From assembly GCA_964016885.1 (NCBI GenBank), contig OZ024743.1, forward strand, positions 146,258,001 to 146,322,000: a DNA stretch of 64,000 bases. The letters are read 5' to 3'. A program made the position numbers and the translations under genes. This stretch comes from Eledone cirrhosa (lineage: Eukaryota). Under the pieces are notes generated by a model. The model saw only the letters and a program-made list of their open reading frames with translations, was not told the DNA's origin and searched no databases. Positions 56,856-64,000 of the stretch are shown piece after piece (the stretch's first letter is position 1; each line of letters opens with the position of its first letter).

Positions 56856-57246
56856 AGTTTCATTACATTTAAACTTAAATTTAAATGTAATGAAAATACG
56901 TTAAAATATCGAGCGTGCGTGTTGTGAAATGTATTTTCATTACATTTAACTTAAATCTGCCTTCCTAACAAGTCATCTTCGATCAATCCTTTGAGTCTCT
57001 CACAGGGATACTCCCATGATAGTGGGTTTTTAAACCTGAAAATATTAGGGATTATTAAATTTGCTAAGGTAAGATTCTATTGGTATCTTGAAAATTTTAA
57101 TTTTCTAGTGCATTGTATGGTTTTCAAAATTATTTAAATTTGTGTTTCCTATTCAACAATACTTCAAGCAAACTACAACACTCTATTATTATTATATATA
57201 TATATACATATCTATCTATCTATATATATATATGTGTGTGTATCTG

Positions 57247-57528
57247 TATGGTCCTGTAACTCCTGATAGAGTTGTAGGGACGCTGTATTGACAAACAGCA
57301 TTTCTTGGGCATTTTCAGCCTGATGGAGCCCATCCCTCTCCAGGTCTGAGTACAGCAGATTTCTTCCAGAGAGAGGAAGAATCGACACCAGTACTAAATT
57401 GGTACTTTTTTTATTGACCTCAAAAGGATGAAAGGCAAAGTTGTCCACAGTGGGATTTGAACTCGGAGAGCAGAGAGCTGGATGAGTACCATAAAGCATT
57501 CTATCCAACATTGTAATGACTCTGCCAA
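57247..57528 (-). mobile_element. SINE with alternative tail (as 48858)
   Basis: gagttcaaatccc B box, ctttgcctttcatcc body, shared tail. Confidence 0.65.
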
Positions 57529-57529
57529 T

Positions 57530-58134
<605 letters not shown>

Positions 58135-58299
58135 TTTACGTATCGAGAAAGAGAGAAAAAGGAGGGATAGGTGATACATATAGTTATTTGCCAAGTAGCG
58201 TATGCCAAAGGTGCTCGATACTAGTGCCGGCAGTATTAAATATTCAAAGTGTTAATATTTAGTGGGCTAGAGAGTTAGCAGAGCGTAAGCACATATATG

Positions 58300-58395
<96 letters not shown>

Positions 58396-58529
58396 ATTGT
58401 TTCTACGTTAGGCACAAGGCCAGCAATTACCCACTGCATTACTGGTACTTTATTTTATCGACCCCGTAAGGATGAAAGGCATATTCAAAATATTAATAAA
58501 TGGAGACATTCACGTAATCAAAATATATG

Positions 58530-58591
58530 TTTTATTATATATATTTCGGAGGTACTGTGCTGTTTTTTCAGTACGTCCTCATCAGATAAAA
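58530..58591 (-). ncRNA. Type-I hammerhead motif, left arm of inverted repeat
   Basis: TTTTAT-CTGATGA-GGA-C-GTACTG(11 nt)CAGTAC-C-TCC-GAAA-TATATA-TA^ATAAAA. Confidence 0.82.
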
Positions 58592-58772
58592 TACATAAAT
58601 TGATGTATGACATACCTCAACTGTGCTGATGGTTCAATTCCAGTCTTGGCAGTGATTTATTACAACAAAACTTAATATTTATATACCACAAGTAATAACA
58701 TGACAAACTAAATATGATGGAGAGGGATATGTAGCGAGATATAAGTATTAGAGGGGGCGAGTAGGAGAAATA

Positions 58773-58834
58773 TTTTATCTGATGAGGACATACTAAAAAA
58801 ACAGCACAGTACCTCCGAAATATATATAATAAAA
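58773..58834 (+). ncRNA. Type-I hammerhead motif, right arm of inverted repeat
   Basis: Same as 58530-58591 with two G>A changes in stem II. Confidence 0.75.
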
Positions 58835-58892
58835 CATATATTTTGATTACGTGAATGTCTCCATTTATTAATATTTTGAATATTATTAATAA

Positions 58893-61355
58893 CTAGAAAT
58901 AAATTTAAAAGCATATTACATGATGCTTTCGACAGTAAGGAAGAGCAATTAGAGTCGTACAATATAGAGGAACAGTGGGAATTCCTGAAAGCAAACCTGC
59001 TGATGGCAGCAGACGAAGTCTGTGGCTGGAGCAGGCCTGTAGGCAGGAGGAGAGTAACATGGTGGTGGAACAGTAAGGTGGAGGAGTCAATTAAGGCCAA
59101 AAAGCAGGCTTGGAAAGTATGGCAGGATGGGGGAAGTAGAGAAGACTATCAAGTGGCCAGGAGGGAAGCTAGGAGATAAGTGTACTTCGCAAGAAGGGAA
59201 GCAGAGGAAAGAAAGTTCAAGCATGTTCTACAACGCGAGGACCAAAAACGTGAGGTGTTCAGGATTGCTAGGCAATGTGTCAAGGAAAACCGTGATATTG
59301 TCGGGGAGAAGTGTGTACTTAATGATGATGGCGTACTTGCCATCACTGATGCTGATAAGAAGGTAGCTTGGAAGTGTCACTACGAAAAGCTACTAAATGA
59401 GGAGAATAAATGGGAGAAAGACAGTCTCCCCCACATCGACCCAATAGAGGGACCAGCAGTGTTAGTCGAAGGTAGTATAATAAGTAAGGCAATCAAAGAT
59501 ATGAAGACGGGTAAGGCGACTGGGCCTTTGGAAATAGTTGCTGAGATGCTGAAAGCCTCTGGAACGGTGGGACACACCATGGTCACCCGGATAGTAAACC
59601 AAGTCGTACAGAATCAGGTTGTTCCGAAGGACTGGCGTAGCAGCATCATCATTAACTGCTACAAGGGTAAAGGAGACGCCCTAGATAGGAGTAACTATAG
59701 AGGCATTAGATTAATCGACCAGGTCATGAAGGTCACGGAAAAAGTAATAGCGCAACTAATCAGAGAGAGAATTGACCTAGATGAAATGCAGTTCGGGTTT
59801 GTGTCAGGCAAAAGTACCACAGACGCTCTTTTCATTGTATGACAACTACAGAGAAGTACCTAGCTAAAAGTAAACCCCTATACTTAGCTTTCATCGACTT
59901 GGAGAAAGCCTTCGACAGAGTCCCGCGTTCCATTATCTGGTGGGCTCTTAGAAAACTAGGTGTTGATGAATGGCTTGTGAGAGCTATACAAGCCATGTAT
60001 AAAGAAACAGTGAGCAAGGATAGAATTAACAACGAATATAGTGAAGAGTTTAGCGTAAAAGTTGGTGTTCATCAGGGCTCTGTTCTTAGCCCCCTACTAT
60101 TTATTATTGCCCTTCAGGCTATAACAGTGGAGTTCAAGACCAGCTGCCCATGGGAACTCCTATACGCAGATGATCTAATGCTCATAGCTGAATCAATGGC
60201 CGAGCTAGAGAAGAAATTTCAAACATGGAAGCACGGCCTAGAATCAAAAGGCCTTAAAATTAACCTGGCTAAGACTAAAGTTCTAGTTTGTAGGAAAGAA
60301 AATAAGGCGCCGGTCCCTTCCGGGAAATGGCCATGCTCAGTGTGTAGGAAAGGCGTAGGTAGAAACTCCATTTTATGTCCCAAATGCAAAGTATGGGTGC
60401 ATAAAAGATGTAGTGGGATCACAGGTAAGCTAACTAAGAACATAGATTTTACATGTGGCCGGTGCTCTGGTGCAACAAGTAGCAGCAAGTGCCCACAAAA
60501 TACTAGCTCTTTCAATTGTGCAGAGGGTTCTATAGAAATAGTGGACAGCTTCCGTTACCTGGGTGACAAAATCAGCAGTGGGGGAGGGTGCTCTGAAAGT
60601 ACAATAGCTAGAGTCAGAACTGGATGGAAAAAGTTCAGAGAGCTTATACCACTATTAGCCGCTAAAGGGTTCTCCCTAAAAATGAAAGGCAGGCTGTATG
60701 ATGCCTGCATACGAACAGCAATGTTGCATGGCAGTGAGACCTGGGCATTGTGTGCAGAGGATATACGCAGACTAGAGAGGAACGAAGCTTGCATGCTCCG
60801 CTGGATATGTAATAGTAATATACGCGAATGGCAAAGCATAAACGAACTAAGGGAAAAATTAGAAATAAGAGGGATCAGATGTTGTTTACTCGAGAGAAGG
60901 CTACGTTGGTATGGTCACGTAATGCGCATGAAAGACGACAGCTGTATAAAAGACCCGCCTTACCTAAATACAAAGTAAAACCTACTACAGTCAGTAGGCA
61001 TCTCTAACAAAATACACCCCGTCCCACCACCCCCACCCAATCCACACCGCCCCTTTCAATGTAAAGTTATGTTGGTGCCACAACATCCAGGCTGAAACAA
61101 ATGAGATCGTGTAGGTGTCACGACAAAAAACACACAGTCCACGCTGTAATGTGGCCGTGTAGGCAACACGGTAAAAACTTTCCAGCCCCACACTGTAAAT
61201 GTGGTTGGTGTTAGGAAGGGCATCCAGCTGTAGAAAACCCGCCAGACAGTCCTATGCGAGCAAGACAACCACTCTTGCCTCAAGTGGGAAAACTCCCGTC
61301 CAAACCCATGCAAGCGTGGAACATGGACGTTAAACGATGATGATGATGATGATGA
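58893..61355 (+). mobile_element. 5'-truncated RTE LINE, same subfamily as 30463-34690
   Basis: ORFs 59180-59842 and 59839-60978 almost identical to copy 1; CGA>TGA plus a 1-nt deletion near 59840-59851; ~152-bp deletion at 60950; (GAT)n tail. Confidence 0.93.
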
Positions 61356-62384
61356 ACTCCAGAAAACTTCTGCTGTTGAGTGCTTTTAATTTATTGTAAA
61401 ACTATATTCATTGAATAATCAATGAACCTTGTTTAACATTTGGTTATATGTATATATATATATATATATATGTATATTTGTGCGTGTGTGTGAAGATATT
61501 GATAAATTGATAGCTAGATAATATCGTCAACTTCAGCTTCACACTATTGCTAGCAAATACATACATTTTAATTTCACACACACATAGTCATATTATATAT
61601 ATATAATGCTGAATGAAGTGTGTAAAAGCTGTTTTTCATTTTAAGTCTTCTATACGAAAATAAAGATTGTATAGTTATTTCCCTTCCATTGAATACTCTT
61701 TCCAAAAGCATTAATTCTGTCGGCTTTATTTATATATTTAGCTATTTAATCAATTTAAACGTCCCTATAGAGCTGATAAAGCCATGATAGACTAGAAGAC
61801 GTTTCTAATTTTCCCTATAGTTATGAAACAAAAACGAAAGAGATAGAGAGGCGCAAGAAGCAAAAATAAGAAAAAAGGGGAAAATCAAGGCTAGCTATAA
61901 AAAAAAAAAAAGGAATCAATTGACAAGATCTCAGACCTCATTCACTTACCAAGGTGGGGTGGAACTCGTCTAATCGGACCATTACTGATACTATCTATAG
62001 GTTGCAATTCTTGGCAGAAAGAGCAATATGAAATACAGTGTCTTGCTCAAGGATAAAACACATTGCCCAGTCTGGGAATCGAACTTGCAACCTCATGATT
62101 CATCATCATCATCATCATCATCATCATCGTTTAATGTCTATCTTCCACGCTAGCAAGAATCCCAATCTCTAACCACTAAACCATGTGCCTTCACAAGGAC
62201 AGATATAGAGCTGTTAAATGTTTCTGTTGTATCTTTTTGTAGTCCCAATGTACTGGAAGATCTTGTTTATGGTTGGTAGATCCTTGACAATATACTGCAC
62301 CTCCAATCTATACTAATATAACAATATAAAGTAATACATGTAGAGCTGTTACTTCTCTGAATTGAGAGATCACAGCTTTGATAC

Positions 62385-62607
62385 TATGGACATGTGGCTA
62401 GAATGTCTCAGGAAAGAATTGCTTGACAGATTTTATGGGCAAAACCAACTGGTAGGAGACCCAAGCGTAGACCCTGAGCAAGATGGTTAGATAACATCCA
62501 TGAGCTTGGTCATGCTTGGGGATCCAGCCGGATTATTTGGAGATGGTTTCTTCTGACAGGACCCACTGGTAAGAGTATCTGAGGATTCTGCCCCCACGAA
62601 GAAGAAG
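62385..62607 (+). mobile_element. Old RTE-like 3' fragment
   Basis: GHVARMSQERIA*QILWAKPTGRRPKRRP*ARWLDNI. Confidence 0.6.
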
Positions 62608-62708
62608 TAATACATGTATGCAAAAAGTAAACAGAAATAACAAAGCAAACAACACAGTACAATGAAGAAATATATTATTTTAACTCTTGATATAGTAGGA
62701 AAAGAGTT

Positions 62709-62740
62709 TTTACATTTCAGACACTAGTCCTTCATCAGAA
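62709..62740 (-). ncRNA. Minimal hammerhead-like motif
   Basis: TT-CTGATGA-AGGAC(TAGT)GTCT-GAAA-TG-TA^AA; related remnant at 18041-18062. Confidence 0.45.
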
Positions 62741-63269
62741 GAAATAAAAGTTGAAATAGAAAGATAAAGAGTGAGAAGAGGAAGGAACAGAGAAATAATT
62801 GAAAAAAATAGCATGTGTGTATTCAGTCAGCCATTTTACTTTGCTTGTTTTGAATTGTAAAATCCATGCATTAATGGAAGGGGATTACATACATGTAGGT
62901 GTGTATATATGTAAACATTTCTATTTAAAACTAAATGAAGATATATCTTGTGATATTTCCATCTGCTTTTTAATGTTGGCATTTATTGGCTTGAGTCAGT
63001 TCTTATTTGTTAACCTTTTATCATAAAAAACAGCCGTGTCTGACCAGAATTCTATCCCCTCTTTCTATTCCAACCAGCCTTAACCGGCTGCTTATACCAA
63101 TGTTAAGGTATTGTTCTCAAAATAAATTATATCAAAATCTCATAGATTCGATATTATGTGAGATAATTATGTGAGGTAAAGCCTTTACTGTGAAAATATG
63201 ACAGTATATATTATAGTATATATATAGTAATGTAAATACTAAAGGGTTAAATGACTATGACCCACTCAT

Positions 63270-63439
63270 ATGAGGGTGGGCTGAAAAGTTCATAGGCTGA
63301 CTACGAAATTTTGTATGCATTAATTTAAACTCTTCTTATTAATAACTGCATTGTTTCTTTCCAGGGACTATGTTGAAAAATAAACCCCATTTGGTCATTC
63401 CATGGGAATCAGTCTATGAAATTTTCAGCCGACCTTGTA
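63270..63439. mobile_element. mariner-type MITE, copy 2
   Basis: Homologous to 37657-37858. Confidence 0.78.
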
Positions 63440-63744
63440 TGATCCAACTTTTGGCATGGTTTGTATGGCTGGATGTTCTTAATTATCATCCTTTAATGTC
63501 TGTTTTCCCACCCAGCAATGGTTGTGACCTGATCCATCCCTGTGATCCCCACTTTCACTAGCACTTCCGAACTGCTATCCTCACCCTCACTGTACCCCCC
63601 CCCCACCCCAGTAGCACATCTTTGCTACTCTCTTCTTGTAAACCTGTAGATACTCTCACTAACACACCCTTGTAGCTACTCTTTCTACCCCTTAGTTATT
63701 TTTCCATCACTACACTCTATATGCATATGGGATTTAATTTCTGG

Positions 63745-63970
63745 GGGAAAAAGTGCCAAGAAATCCCAGTGGAAGGAAGCTGCAGTAAAGGAAGACCAAG
63801 GATGACCTGTGCAAAGGTGTTTAGAGATGACCTCAAATTGCAGAAGTTCACTGAGGAGATGATGAAGGAACGTAATGAGTGGAGAGACGCTGTGCTGAAA
63901 AAGGCCTGTCCAACCCATGCAAGCATGGAAATGTGGATGTAAAATGATGAGGGTAATGATGATGATGATG
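63745..63970 (+). mobile_element. RTE 3' end fragment
   Basis: KKCQEIPVEGSCSKGRPRMT..DDL..ERNEWRDAV; cccatgcaagcatggaaa followed by (GAT)n. Confidence 0.75.
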
Positions 63971-64000
63971 AATCCTGATTTGATGTTGTCAGAAAATAAT

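Overview
AT-rich eukaryotic DNA made up almost entirely of repeats. The SINE/LINE repertoire and very long (TA)n/(CA)n/(TATG)n arrays resemble a coleoid cephalopod (octopus-like) genome; this is an inference. No host protein-coding gene could be supported. Nearly all listed ORFs are microsatellite or minisatellite translations or antisense shadows of LINEs. The real coding content is retrotransposon-derived: a near full-length RTE LINE (APE + RT with a PHD finger, one 2-nt frameshift), two more RTE copies, CR1, Tx1/L1-like, an R4/Dong-like RLE element in (CATA)n, and Penelope-like RT/GIY-YIG remnants. Also present are many tRNA-derived SINEs, DNA-transposon MITEs with TSDs, and a 3.5-kb 36/37-bp minisatellite. 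The most notable signal is about a dozen type-I hammerhead ribozyme motifs from several unrelated sequence families, some with greatly extended stem II or variant cores. They sit in short (TA)n-embedded modules that often form head-to-head palindromes folding back at or near the ribozyme. All folds were made by eye and are untested.
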